From Lytechinus pictus (Eukaryota): DNA of 64,000 nt. The notes under the pieces are model-generated. The model saw nothing but the letters and a program-made list of their open reading frames with translations. It had not been told where the DNA came from and searched no databases. The DNA lies in the NCBI RefSeq assembly GCF_037042905.1, contig NC_087251.1, positions 9,486,001 through 9,550,000 on the forward strand, written 5' to 3'. Of this stretch, positions 50,617-64,000 are shown in pieces (position 1 is the stretch's first letter; every line of letters begins with the position of its first letter). Position numbers and translations under genes: made by a program.

Positions 50617-52688
50617 CTCAGAATAGAATATGGACAAGTTTCATCTCGCACTTTGGAAGAGAAATAGGAAGAAAGTCATCATTTTCATATGATGACAAAA
50701 TGTTTTTAGAATGTCCCGGTCCTATGTCAAAACTCAAAAGTAATAATAATGAAAAAATATCAGCTCTTTATCAAGTGCGATCCATAATTATCCACCTCAC
50801 ATATTTTTCCTACAAAGTGCTTTGAAAATCGAACTTAAATTTACCCTTTCTCATATCAGAATATCAGTTATTTTAAGCTAGTGCTTCGCGCTTGCTTTAT
50901 TGATTTGCATGATAAAAAATTCATTTAGAATGCCCAGATTCTAGGTTTAAATCTGAAACACGCACACGCAGCTTGTTCTCTATTAAGATCATTATCCAGT
51001 TTCAGATCAGAATATCAAAAATTTTATGCTTACGATTTGCGCTCGCATTATTAATGCAGGAAGATCTCCAATTACTCATCATTTTCATGATTTACAAAAA
51101 CATGAATGAGTGTCCCGTTTTTTAGGTCTAAGTCTAGAATTTTTCCGCTCGCATCAATTGTTTAGTTATATACCTATCCTGTTTACGATTACAAGAGCTC
51201 ATCAGAATTTCAATTCTCTGGGTAGATCGGGGAAAATATGGCTGAAAAAATTCCCGATCCCACCCCATCCCCCTCCCCCATTGGCGAAGGCTGGATCCGC
51301 CTCTGTGAATTATATCTCTTTACGTTACAGGGCTCATTATGACATATCAAATTCAAGAACTGCAACTTTATTCTTTCTTTTGCCCTTTTTTATGTTGTTT
51401 TTTGTTACCTAAAGGTACAACTGCATTAAATTGATTAAACTGTTGATATAACGAGGTTATTCTTGTCTTCATCATATTTTCTATTTGTTGGTTGCAATAT
51501 CAGTCCTATTTCAGGATATCGTGAAAGTGAACGTCTTTCTTCATCCTGTAAAGGCCATTCAAAATTTATCTAAAATGTGGTTTTTTTTATCAATAATAAA
51601 TAAGTATGCATGTATTACTGGCTACATAAAGCATGCTTGGATGGGTTGCACATCAGATCTATCTCATTCAGATGAATCGAATTATGAAAAAAAAGAACCG
51701 TCGCCATTTCAAATGTGAGAAAATGCACGTAGACAGCATTCAATTTTTATTGTCCATCATTAAGATGGAATAGATCGTGAAATATCAGAATCAGAGGGAG
51801 AACTTGGGGTATAAAGATAGTTGTAGTGCATAAAGTGAAAGCTAACTGGTGATGGGACATGAATAGAGAGAGAACGAAAGTGGATAAGATATAGTGGGAT
51901 GGGGATAAGAAGGGGGAGAGTGTAAAGAGCAGCTGTATCAAAAAAAATATTTTTTTAATGACCCCTCCCCCTAAATTCAGGCTTGCTGTCTCTTTCATTT
52001 CGTCCCATTCAGACTTGAATGATTATAAAGAATGAGGTGAAGTAAATATTTAGTGATTTCGCGGGAAAATATCATTGGGGAAGGCGAATGTAGAATTGAC
52101 TCTTTTGATAGTTATATTCAAAATCGAAACTTTGTTTTCATTAGCTCTAATTTTGTGTTGGAGTTGTTGAGGCTCGAAAGGGGGAACAAATTGAATGAGG
52201 GTTTTTAATATCACAATAATTGAGAACTGTTTGTCACGCTTGCTCAAAGTGAAACTGAAATAACATTTAAAAATCTGCAAGTAATGTAAGAAATGTAAAG
52301 GCATGTATTTTAAACCGGGATTTTAAAAGAATATCTGAAATGTTTACTTGATTCCCGTGTTCATGATCTCCAGGGCCCATTTCATAACGGGACCTAATTA
52401 GGTTCGTAACGTTATAACTGATATACCTCTATGCTATATAAATACGCTTTCAAGTGTTTCTTTTGATTTTATCAATCAAAATTAGTAGAAACTCCGGGGT
52501 TCTCTCTTCGCCCTCTATTACAGTATTAGAAAGGAATCCAACCCAAATGATAATTGTTTCAAAAGAAAAGAAACAAAAGTCAGATGGAGTTGATCAGAAT
52601 TAGACAAACAGTTGTAAAAAAAATTGTAATCTCAAATTGATCGCTTCGTCATCATGGTGAGGGGTTGGGACAACTATTTTTCCAGTAA

Positions 52689-53526
52689 CAGGGGCGGCGG
52701 AGCGAATTTCAAAGTGAGGGGTGGGGCACACGAAAAAAGGACACCTTTTCTTTCGAAAAGAGCACTATCTTAAATTGAAAAAAAGACTAATCTACAATGG
52801 CGTAATGGGCCAAAAATTTTAGAGGGCTAGATATGTCGTATCACGTGAATTAAAAAAAAAATTGACATTTTTATAACGAAAATCTAATTTTGTGATAGAT
52901 TTTGACAACTCATATTCAGAAAAAATATATTTCACCCTTCTTTCTTTTCTTTTCTCTTTTTTTCCTTGGTCGTGAAGAATTTGGGGAGGGGACAAGAGCC
53001 CCCCAAGCCCCCTATCTGTACGCCTCTGGCCCTCTGCTTATCTACCCCACTCACATGACTCATGGAGCTTCAGGCACATAGGATTATCCTTGCAAGTTAA
53101 CATATAAAAGTGAGAGAATTTTTGTTTTTTTGAAAGGGGAACTCGTTGACACGTAATGGGTCCTCAGGTGAAAAGGGCACTGAACACATTCATGTGGGGT
53201 ACTTTTCTTGGGTAGGAAGGGGGACTGATACGAGATAGGGCACTTATACAAGAAGGCAAGGGGGCTCTTGCTCACACATAAAACGGGTCCTTCTCAAGGG
53301 GCACAGAACACGTTCATGAAGGGTAAAAGGGGGCACTGATTCGAGAAAGGGCACTTACAGGAAGGCAATGGAGTACTTGCTCACACATAAAACGGGTCCT
53401 TCTCAGTCGAAAGGGGCACAAAACATGTTCATAAGGTGGCATTTTTCTTGGGTAAAAAAGGACACTTTTTAGTGCTTCAAAAAGTGGGGGCACTGTGCTC
53501 CCCTGCCCCCAGGATCGCCGCCCTTG
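52689..53526. mobile_element. hAT-like MITE cluster with AAGGGGCAC repeats
   Basis: caggggcggcg ... cgccgcccttg ends; ~120-bp internal duplication 53210-53460. Confidence 0.5.
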
Positions 53527-55279
53527 TCCAATACACAAAAAGACAAACACGTCAGCTTTTTAAAGATTAATAATGAACTGAGAATGATATACTAGTAGTT
53601 AATCATGAGGATATGAAACAATATTATGTCATATTTTGAAGTAGTACCCTTGTTGGGTTACAATCTAATACTCACCAAATTTAGATTTACATACATGTAG
53701 TTTTAATGATTTCGTTTAAAAAAAAAAAGCTATTACTTTTTCATATATTCTTCTGAGTTCTTTCAAGCTTTCACAATTCTGTTTTCTCATTTTTTTTCCT
53801 CCTTTCCCACACCAAGGCTGTATTCCCATTTAAACCAAACATCTTGTCGTTATCTCGATATCATCACTGCTTGATATTATTTTATTAATGCCTTTTCTCC
53901 ACCCGCTGGATTAATCAAAATATGATTATGAAGATAGTTAAGATCACAAGGCAAGTCAACACCAGTTGATCTCCTTGACGATAATTATGGCATCTAAGAA
54001 GATACCAGCGAAATCTTGTGATTCTACACTGATAATATTAATAGGCTTTCAAGTACTAGTAATCTACTCATTATCCTTATTTTCATTGCATTCCATGTAG
54101 AATTTACACTTTCAATTTCACACCTTGCTCAATTACCAGTTACTATGCCTACCCCCCCCCCCCCCCGTTCTGAGGCAAAGTGGAATGGAATGGAATGGAA
54201 TCAAAGCGCTCAATGACAGCGAAAACTGGCAATATGAAATTGACTAATTGGGGAAGTCTGATTATGTAAAGATAGTCATTTGAAATTCACCCATGAAAAA
54301 GTAACGATGATAAAAAAGTAAGAAAAAAAGTTGAAATATGATTTTATATCGAAAGGGGTAGGCCAAGGTTTCGAAAATGATTATCAAACAGAGAAGCCAT
54401 TAAGGGTTTTAATATAAATGGGGTTTTCGGTTCGTGAAACTGTAGTTTAATCGTGATTCAACTCGTGCAGAATTGAACCATGTTCTCAAACATGTCAAAT
54501 AGTGACAAACATTTTGGGGGCTGATTTTATTGCCAAAGCAAAAAAATATATATAGATTTGTGTTGTGCTCCATTCCCCATTGATGGAAAATAATGGTGTC
54601 GAGAAAAAAAAATGTGTTAGAATTGAAATAAGTATTCTCGAAGTATTCTCCACTGATGTGTGATAAATGGAGAAGTGAGAACTTATGTATTGTTTTGAAT
54701 TTTCCAATATGACGTTTAATCTTATAAACCACTCCCTATAGCGTCGTTCCATTTCCACGACAGTATGAATTCCTGTGACTGGTGATTTTTTTTTTGGTTG
54801 AACTTTGTTTGGAAGGGGAAAGTCTTGGCTATTTTAGACCCCCTGTATGAAAGGGAAAGATAAGTCCCCCCCCCCCCCCCATGACTCCATCCTATTATAC
54901 CACATCTTGATCAACAGGAGTATTGTCACATGAGCTACTATTGAATTAGGAATGGAATCTGGTAATGATGAGTTGTTTTGATCTTATCCTAGTACGCTGA
55001 CCTCGCTTGCTCTTAGCCTGCCTACATGCGTGCTTGATTCATTGAATCAAGTTCACGATTGAAGTATTTAGTCTCGCATGAAGAACTCGTTTGTGTTATC
55101 TAGATTTGCAAGTTTATTCAATCATGCTTGCCACAAATGGCCTATCTTCAAAAACGGTGGTCCAAGAAAGGATAAATTCCCCATGTATTTTTAAGTTATG
55201 AAATAGTAGATAGTCTGACAAGAAAAATAACAGAGAAAAGATGAACAAAGAAAAAGACGGGGTGTGAAAATATACAGAT

Positions 55280-55506
55280 ACAATTATGTTCCATTTGTAT
55301 AGCGCAGCTACTATAATCGCGCTTGATATTTGGTATCGTAATTATTACCCCGGCTGTAGCTGAGCCGCCGGGTACCTCACCTGGGTCGAGTGCAGCACAA
55401 TGTGGGTAAATTTCTTGCTGAAGGAAAACACGCCATGGCTGGGATTCGAACCCACATCCCTCTGATTGAAAGACGAGAGTCGTAACCACTAGACCACGAA
55501 GCCCCC
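55280..55506 (-). mobile_element. tRNA-derived SINE with L2-type tail
   Basis: Minus strand: A box TGGTCTAGTGG, B box GGTTCGAATCC, central ccttcagcaag...cgacccaggtg segment, tail gcgctatacaaat. Confidence 0.85.
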
Positions 55507-56440
55507 ACATTAATTAGTCTTGTATATTAAATTACCCTTATTTCCGTTTTAAGAATAAATCAAACTTAATTTTGGTCACCCCCATTGACCCGCCCATAAT
55601 CGTCGATTAATGATATGTTCTGGATTAAACTGAAAATACGAGAGAAAAACAATAAGGAAGTTTCATTTCTTAGATATAAAAGTTTATTCCGAAAGAGAAT
55701 TGTAATTCTAATTTCTGATTCGTTCCTTAAACCACAGTCGTGTTTTAGTGGATTGAAACTTTAGATTTAGTGTACAATCAGTACCCAAATTCCCTACCGA
55801 AAGAAAAATTGATAACAGACGAGATGACGTCTCCATGAATAAAGTAGAATCTTAAATAGAAAAAAAATGTTTTGGCACTCTATTGTCAGAAACGTGGTGT
55901 TGGAAATCTTTATTTATGGGTTCGTGATTATAATCATCACTATAATCTGATAAATGAACATCAAAGATATAGGAAATATGGATCTATATCTATTCCAGAT
56001 CCGAAAACGTGTAGGCGTCGATCGACATTGATAAAAATCACTTTGGGAAAGGTCATTATAAAGCAGTATAGACTGGACGTGTGCTATCAAATGAAGATGT
56101 CAAGTCATTATTTCATTTTATATGGTCTCGTTAATCATGGTAACAATCACGGACTCTATAAGTATATTCACTAAACCTCATTGGGAATGGCATTGTTCTC
56201 CAAGATGAATGATTGTCAAAAATTAATTAGCTGTTATGTCACCAACCACACCCACACACTCCTATTGCTATTCATCCCCCTCTTTCTCTTTATCTGTATT
56301 ATATATCTATAATATCTCTCCTTTTCTCCATATCTATCAATCTATTTACACCCCTCTCTCTTCCTCTTTCCTATTCTCTATCTCTTTCACTGTTTCTCTT
56401 TAACACTCCAAACATTATATTTCATTGACATCATAAGCGT

Positions 56441-56865
56441 NNNNNNNNNNNNNNNNNNNNNNNNNNNNNNNNNNNNNNNNNNNNNNNNNNNNNNNNNNNN
56501 NNNNNNNNNNNNNNNNNNNNNNNNNNNNNNNNNNNNNNNNNNNNNNNNNNNNNNNNNNNNNNNNNNNNNNNNNNNNNNNNNNNNNNNNNNNNNNNNNNNN
56601 NNNNNNNNNNNNNNNNNNNNNNNNNNNNNNNNNNNNNNNNNNNNNNNNNNNNNNNNNNNNNNNNNNNNNNNNNNNNNNNNNNNNNNNNNNNNNNNNNNNN
56701 NNNNNNNNNNNNNNNNNNNNNNNNNNNNNNNNNNNNNNNNNNNNNNNNNNNNNNNNNNNNNNNNNNNNNNNNNNNNNNNNNNNNNNNNNNNNNNNNNNNN
56801 NNNNNNNNNNNNNNNNNNNNNNNNNNNNNNNNNNNNNNNNNNNNNNNNNNNNNNNNNNNNNNNNN
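56441..56865. other. Assembly gap (425 N)
   Basis: Run of N. Confidence 1.
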
Positions 56866-56964
56866 GTAGACGTAGTAGACGTAGTAGACGTAGTAGTCGT
56901 AGTAGTCGTAGCAGTAGTAGCAGCAGTAGTATAGCAGTAGTAGCAGTAGTAGCAGTATAGTAGC

Positions 56965-56995
<31 letters not shown>

Positions 56996-57000
56996 ATAGT
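56866..57000. repeat. (GTA/GCA)n microsatellite
   Basis: Direct reading; abuts the gap. Confidence 0.95.
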
Positions 57001-57039
57001 ATATTAGTAACCATTTGCATCATCAAATATAATCATCAT

Positions 57040-57678
57040 TATATTTTGGATCAAAAATTTATCCTCCGGTCATTGGCTAAAAGAGCTTCACGTGATTATG
57101 TGTATTTTCAACTATTTTGGAATGTTGGCAGCTAGGCATACTATTTGAGAAAATTACGTCATTTTTATGACGTCATTTCCCCAAATAGTAAAACTATTTG
57201 GGGAAATGACGTCACGGCGCCATACGCCTGATGCGCGTGATATCAAAATCACCAACATTCAGCGGGGTATACGAGAGCTCGAGTGCTTACCATGGGCGAT
57301 ACTCGCGACGTCGCGGCTACGTTTTTAGACTACAGTTTCTGCTTTGACTTTTTCAGACATTTTCATTGACTATTAAAACTTGGATTTCATTAAAATTGGA
57401 TATGATTTTTAAAAAGAGCATAAGACCATGAGAGTGACAAGAGAGGATAAAAGGTAAGCCATTATTCTGTTTTTCCTTTTGTTAAAATTTTTGATCCAAA
57501 ATATAAAACAAATATACTCTGCCATAATTTCGAGTTTCTGGTTAAAACTATGGGCCTCGGTGCCTCCAATAGTACCATTCACTTCGGGGCTGCGCCCCTC
57601 AGTGAATAGTACTATTCTGGAGTCACCTCTTGCCCATAGTTTTAACCAGAAACTCTCAAGGCAAAGTATATTTGTATA
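57040..57678 (+). mobile_element. Hairpin-ended non-autonomous element with asymmetric IRs (CryptonV-like)
   Basis: Perfect 21-bp IR 57040-57060 / 57485-57505, cattggct after the 5' IR, ~170-nt 3' hairpin 57508-57676 ending TTTGTATA, internal hairpin 57168-57214. Confidence 0.75.
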
Positions 57679-60600
57679 CTATATTGCAGTCGTTATAGAA
57701 GCATTAATTTTCGAGGATTGTAAATCAGAACATGAAAATATGAAACATGATTATAATAGCCAATAATTATGTTCCTGCATGAAATAATGTATGACATGGT
57801 TGATCAAATTACATGAAGGGGTTTAAAGAATTTCCTGATTTTTGTTTCACTTTGAATGATTAGACCAATCATATCTCTTCCAAATCAGAAATTCAGAATT
57901 TCTGATCACGATACCCAGACAATTCCTCTTTGCTTCCTTTATTCTCCTTTACTGTAATTCAATCCACAAAGATCGACATGTAATGTGAAATATGTCATCG
58001 CCTGGTCCCTCGACAACCAAATCGAAACTGGTGCTTCTTTCCTTCTTGGTGAAAAGAGCTTTCAAAACCTTCTCATATCGTCGGGTTATTGATTCACAAT
58101 GAGTGTAGGAAGAAAAGTGGTTATAGCAGAGGTAGGTTGTCGTCTGATATTAATTTGAGAGAAGAGTGAATACAGTATAGTCTCTCATGATCATGATAAG
58201 ACATTAATTAGCGCCTCACTTGAATGAAATTTATGATCACAAAGTTATTGGTCATCCATCCACTTGAAGGAGAACCAAAGTATAAAGGATTTTACATTTT
58301 TTCTTTTTTACTATGTTAGTTGTTTTGACCTATAAATACAAGACTGAATGACCATCAATATTTATGCACCCTCTTCAAAGAATAACTTAATTCCCTAACT
58401 TAACCCCACATAGATTTACGAGGCTGTATGCGGAAGTAAATTCCAAGTAATACTAAAACTACTATGTCACAAGTTTGTTACAGATTCTTGGTCACATTTT
58501 AATTTCATTATCTGCACGAATTCACAGTGGATCACTGACCAGCAACTGCACGGGAAGGTGTATGACTTAAAAATGTTGCTCTGTAAAATCACGTGTGAAA
58601 AAAATATTTTTCTTTGCCAAATTTACGGTTAAATCGTCTGTTTTTAAGAAGAAAAGTTAAAAAGGTTTTTCAAAAGAAGAGGATGTATTATATAGTGCAA
58701 AATGGTTAATGATATACCAAAGTTGCCAAACGCGCTCCCTCTATTCTATTCCTCATAGAAGAATTATAGGAATAGATTTATATCAGTACCGGTTGTACCG
58801 AAAATGTACATTTGTCGATCAATATTTATACATCAAATAAGTTAATAATTGGTACTTCACCACCACCAGTAGATCGACTTAACGGGGGTCAGTTAGATTG
58901 TTGGCTGAAATAGATACTATTCAATCAGTTTGCCTTTGCGGCAATTAATCTAATTGAAAGTTCAAATTGAAAGGCAAATAACATAAATCAACGACTTTAA
59001 TGTACGCTAAGTGAATGAAAGGTGATGTTGCCGAGATGAGATTGGCTGATTTTTACAGGGCTTATGCAGGGGCTGATGAGATTAGGTTCTACTAAAATAC
59101 GTCAAACGGAGCAAGCTTTTTAATGAGAGATGCTTCAAAGCTTAATGTAGATGAAATAATTGAATTGTACCGGGTCAAACCAATAAATAAGGATCATGAT
59201 TGTGGAGAAAACAAGATGTCTGTGTATATGAATAATCTATTAAACGAACCAAGGGCTCAAAGTAAACAGCTTAGTTAGTTCAGAGAGGGCAATACTGACC
59301 AAACAAATCATTAGGTTAGAATCTTATTCGATGTTATCACAGTTATGACGCCAAACTGACAAGACTACATCCTAATTATCCCATTATAGAGCCCCGTGTG
59401 TGTATATAAGTAGGAAATTGTCACACTCATTTGTCGTTACCGTAAGTCATTCGATGATACGTGCTACAGGGGCTGTCACCAACAAAAATGTTTCAACATT
59501 CATACTGATTCTCATAACCTTTCGATTTTATAATACTGAAAGTATATTGCTATTTCCCTTTTTATGTATTTCGCTCCATTTCCGAAATCATGAATACAAG
59601 CGCTCATCCTGTGTAATTGAAGAGGAAATGAATGGATATTGTTAATAATATAGTATAGAGATATAAGCAAGGGCGAAATGAATTTTATTGATGACTTTGG
59701 CATAATTAAAGGGAACGACGAAAGCGTGTATGTCGTAATGACGCCGTAGGCAACGTGTTTTCTCATGAATCATACTGGGCTTTCCATTGGTGAATGACCG
59801 AGTAAGAAAATTTGATATTTTCAAGAGAGAATTGAGCTATATGTAGGCAAATATTAACGAGTACTTGTGAGGGAGAGAGCAAACAGTGGTCGAGTGAGAA
59901 ATTTTCCAAATTATACAGATTTTCGTGAATTTCAAATTAAATCTAAGTGACACGGGATCAATTATGATAAAGTATTTTAATTACCTACCATACATGGAAT
60001 GCTACCCTAATCAAGTCGTTTGTGTATTTTTTTCATTATTGTCTGTAATAAATGAAATATGATAGAATTCTTGTAAGGCAGAGATTCCATGGAACGTATA
60101 AACATAATCATGTTGAAAATTGCCAAACTTTTAAAGTTGACAAGAGTATTCAAAGAGTGATCAAATTCCTAAGATCACAATCTTCGATTTGGTTCATCGT
60201 CTTTGAACAAAACAGAGAAAAATCGAGACAGGGTAGTGCCCCCTCCTACCCCCCCCCCCAAAAAAAAGACCCGTCGGTTTTCTTCATGATATGAAAGTGC
60301 GGGACAAATATAAGAGTAGGCGTTGAGGAAGTGAGAGGGAGCGAAGGGAGAAATGTGAAAATGAAGTCAATTGGTGGATTCAGGTCATCACGTAGGAAGC
60401 ATTATTTACACTTAACCATGAGTGAGTGATATCAGATTTTTCAGGTTTTCTTCAACACCGAATCCCTCCCCCCCCCTTCCCTTTCATTTCCCAATTTAAG
60501 TAATGTGAACGCAGTGGTGTTATTCATATGGAGTATTATAGTCTTTATTACCCAAAACCTTTATATCTTATAGACAGTCACTTAAACCTTTAGATTTTTT

Positions 60601-63600
60601 TTACAATGTCAGATTAGAAGATTTTCAGCATCTTTCTAAAATCCGAATGAACATGTTTGTTAAGTGTAATTTGTTTTGGTCACTTTTTAAAGGCAAGTAG
60701 AGTGGAAAGTTATCCCAGTTCGATAACAACAAGCAATCCAAAGGTATTCCACTTATTTCTATCACACACCCTTCCTCGTCAAAAGTAGCACCATTCTTTT
60801 TAAAAGTTATCATTATCATATTAAATAGATGCCCTATCTTTCTTCATTATTGAACTTCAAACACTGAGATAGCTCCACTCTTAAAGGGTGAAGTACATAC
60901 AAATGGATTCGAACAAAACGAAAATCAAATAAATACATAACGCTGAAAATTCGATGTAAATTAAGACAGTTATAGCATTTTGAATTTTTGCTTAATCTAA
61001 CAAAATATGGAAATCCCGGTCCGTATGCAAATGAAGGAATCGATGATGTCACTCACTATTCCTTTTGCCCGTTTTTACATGAAATATGATTACTCCCTAT
61101 ATAAGAGGAAATGCCATTGTTGTAACCTATGGTGACTCAATGGAGAGCTTCCTTATTGCAAAATCTGCAAGAGGTGAAATATTGTATAATTCATACAATA
61201 AAATACAAACAATAGTGCGTGACTCTATAAATTTTCTCATCTCCATACACGTTGGGGTTTTTAATAGGCGAAATCTTTAAGATTATACATCCGGTTTTAA
61301 TAAAAAAAATAATGAATAATGCTTTATTTTTCTCTTTTTATTTGAATCAACTTCTTGTTGGGGCGAGTTGGAGTTCTCCTTAAACATTTGATTTGTCGGT
61401 TATGCCTGCCACTAGCATATAAACTTTCTATGCCAGCAATCTTGGCACAGAATATGACTCTGTCATTCATTATTTAATTGGGAACACTTCCCTGATTCAA
61501 TGGAGTATTTCAACTGAAATTGATAAGGGCAATACAATGCACCATAACGGATCACACACAGCCATGCCTAGAATTTCTAGTTGTTGTTTTCATCAGTCAA
61601 AACTTAATCCCTATAAAAAATAAACATATATATCTTACAGAAATAGAATTCGCACAAACAACCAACCATAACAAACAAAACATGACATACTTAAAAGAAA
61701 TCACATGACCACATACCATACACCTATTCATTAACCAGCATCAGACACATCAACTATCATGATAACAATAAATCTATGTAAACATGATGAATTTCTTTAA
61801 ATATTTTTGTCTTTATTAAGTGACATAAGTCACATTTCAAAGCATATCTGGAAAAATAGGTAGATATAATGATGGTTCACTGTACCCAAAATACCAATGA
61901 CCACCACTAAAATGACTAAAAATTACATCACAGTACCATATATAAAACTTTTTGACCTGATATATGTATGAAGCAAGTATCATTCAAGTTATCTTCGCCA
62001 GTAAAACCATGCACTGTTTTCACCATTTCATTATTCTTCTTTCTCTCTCTCACTCTCATTCACTCTCTTCGACTCTCCTTACACACAAGCTCTCCTTCCT
62101 TCTGTCACAAAACCAGGCACTATAAAATTGTTTTGTTCACTAATTCTCTATCATAATCAAAGATATCAACCATGATATCAATAACAAAATATTTCCATCT
62201 TGTGAAACGAAAAAAATAATTATGTAAGAACACAAAATGACAAGAAGATCTTTCAATAAAAAAAAACAAGTTTAGAAAGCCACCTTCCTTACCAAACATT
62301 GTGAGTGCATGTGGATCCATGTAATCACAATGCATTCATGCATAGCAAACAGCATGAAGAAAAACAAATCAAATATAAAATTGTCATTTTGTTACTGATA
62401 TATCATTAACACATGTAAAATATGGCTAACACCATTTCATACCAGCACAATATATATCTTCTTTAAATGAACATCATAATATATATCAATGGTGTGATTT
62501 TTTTTGCAACTTTTGCTTATACAAGTCAAAATGAAGCCATAAATGATTAAATCTGCCAGTCGACAAAGAGCTCACAAAATTTGTCTCTGGTAGATTTATC
62601 ATCTCAAGAGTAAATGGCAAACAAAATATTTGTACAATGTCATCATAAACAGACCATTTAAGCTACAAATATCTAAATTTGCTCCAAGAATTCAAAAAAT
62701 TCCAGAAATTAGTTTCATTTGAACTTTTGAACAAGCACAGCAACTCTGAATCAAATTAGTTTTCTTGCAATGCTAACATGGAGTTTAGATAGAGTACATG
62801 TATATGCAGAATGATTCTGTTAATGAAAAACATATTTGTACAACATGTTAAAAACAAACTTTTTAATGAATCAATATATATAATTTTTTTCAAATTTCTT
62901 TATAATATATATAAATGCATTGAATTTTCAAAGCATATATTCTTAACACATCATGTTCATAATTAAAAGATATTACAATACATTATGAATATAAAAGAAA
63001 AGTGAATTCATAATTAGTCAAAATTACTTTCTGTTAAAACAAACATATGCAAAAGTAGTATATTTCTGCAGTTACCCACATCATAATTCTTCACTACATA
63101 GAACCAAGAAATCATTAAAATACACAATCCTTGAACAGATATTACTCCTAACAGCTGCACAAAAATGTAAATATGTTCATGTGAAATACGAACAATAGAT
63201 ACATAGAGAAGGAATACTGCCAAATAAACAGACTTATGCATAAAAGCTTGATAAAGCAATATATAGGTATCATATGAGATACTTCTGAATCATGTTAGTC
63301 TTTATTACCAAAAAATACACAGAATTAAAATACCAATAGCAATATAAAAATGAAATATATTTCTTATGCAGTGTGAATGCATGAAAACTAAATGAATGTT
63401 TGAATATTATCTCTATAACTAAATTATAGAAGCATACAAGAAGGAATAGAAAAAAAAATGCTACTGAATTTCAACAAAGCTCGGTTGGTCCTTGAACTTG
63501 CACTATCATAAAACTTGCATCTGTATATAAAGAGTCTTTATCAGCCTCATTTGCAATTTTTATCTTGAGTTTACATCTTGGCAATTAATTTTCAATAACA

Positions 63601-64000
63601 TTGAAATGAAAAAAAGTAAATTTGAAGAGTATGAGAAACATGTTAATCAACACATGTTTCTTCACCTATCACACAGCGTCCTTGAACAGAACCCTCAGAC
63701 TTAAAAAAAAAACACCTCATAATACTTGTCTCTGACATAACAATTTCAGAATTAAATGACATCATTTCAATACAGAACTCTAGAAGCAATCAGTTTTAAC
63801 TGCACAGTTGCGTTGATGCAAAAATGAGAGGGGGGAGTGTTATACCCCTTTCATAAACCCATCCTCCAATCCGCCTAAGAGTAATGCGGATAATTCAATA
63901 AAATTTGCATTCACAAACTCCAAAAATAATCCGCACTATTTTTTACCAGCGCCCGACCTGAAAAAGGCAGATAATTGTCATGGCAACTGCACACATCCCC

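Noticed and set aside
55437-55506. tRNA gene on the minus strand
   Set aside because: A and B boxes are present, but the stems pair poorly and the sequence continues into a SINE body and LINE-like tail.
56415-57026. 203-aa ORF
   Set aside because: Artefact of the N gap plus the (GTA)n microsatellite.

Overview
AT-rich, repeat-dense animal genomic DNA. The repeat families and SINE look sea-urchin/echinoderm-like (inference). The window holds one + strand protein-coding gene rebuilt from GT-AG splice sites with consistent phases: 10 coding exons between 3572 and 43959, about 958 aa. It encodes an N-terminal coiled coil, two near-identical 57-nt exons, a 1865-nt acidic disordered exon and a C-terminal beta-spectrin-type PH domain, but no CH domains or spectrin repeats. 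Introns and flanks are filled with non-autonomous DNA transposons (Tc1/mariner-, Harbinger-, Kolobok-, Academ-, Helentron/HINE- and hairpin-ended Crypton-like), L2/CR1-group LINE fragments and a tRNA-derived SINE. There is one assembly gap. Most notable: (1) the spectrin-PH protein without spectrin repeats, (2) the frame-preserving PH exon bracketed by two inverted transposon pairs, (3) the tandem-duplicated micro-exons, (4) a foldback-like element at the window start carrying an array of palindromes, (5) three unrelated elements sharing an asymmetric-IR plus long-hairpin architecture. No prokaryotic system, CRISPR array, rRNA or genuine tRNA gene is supported.
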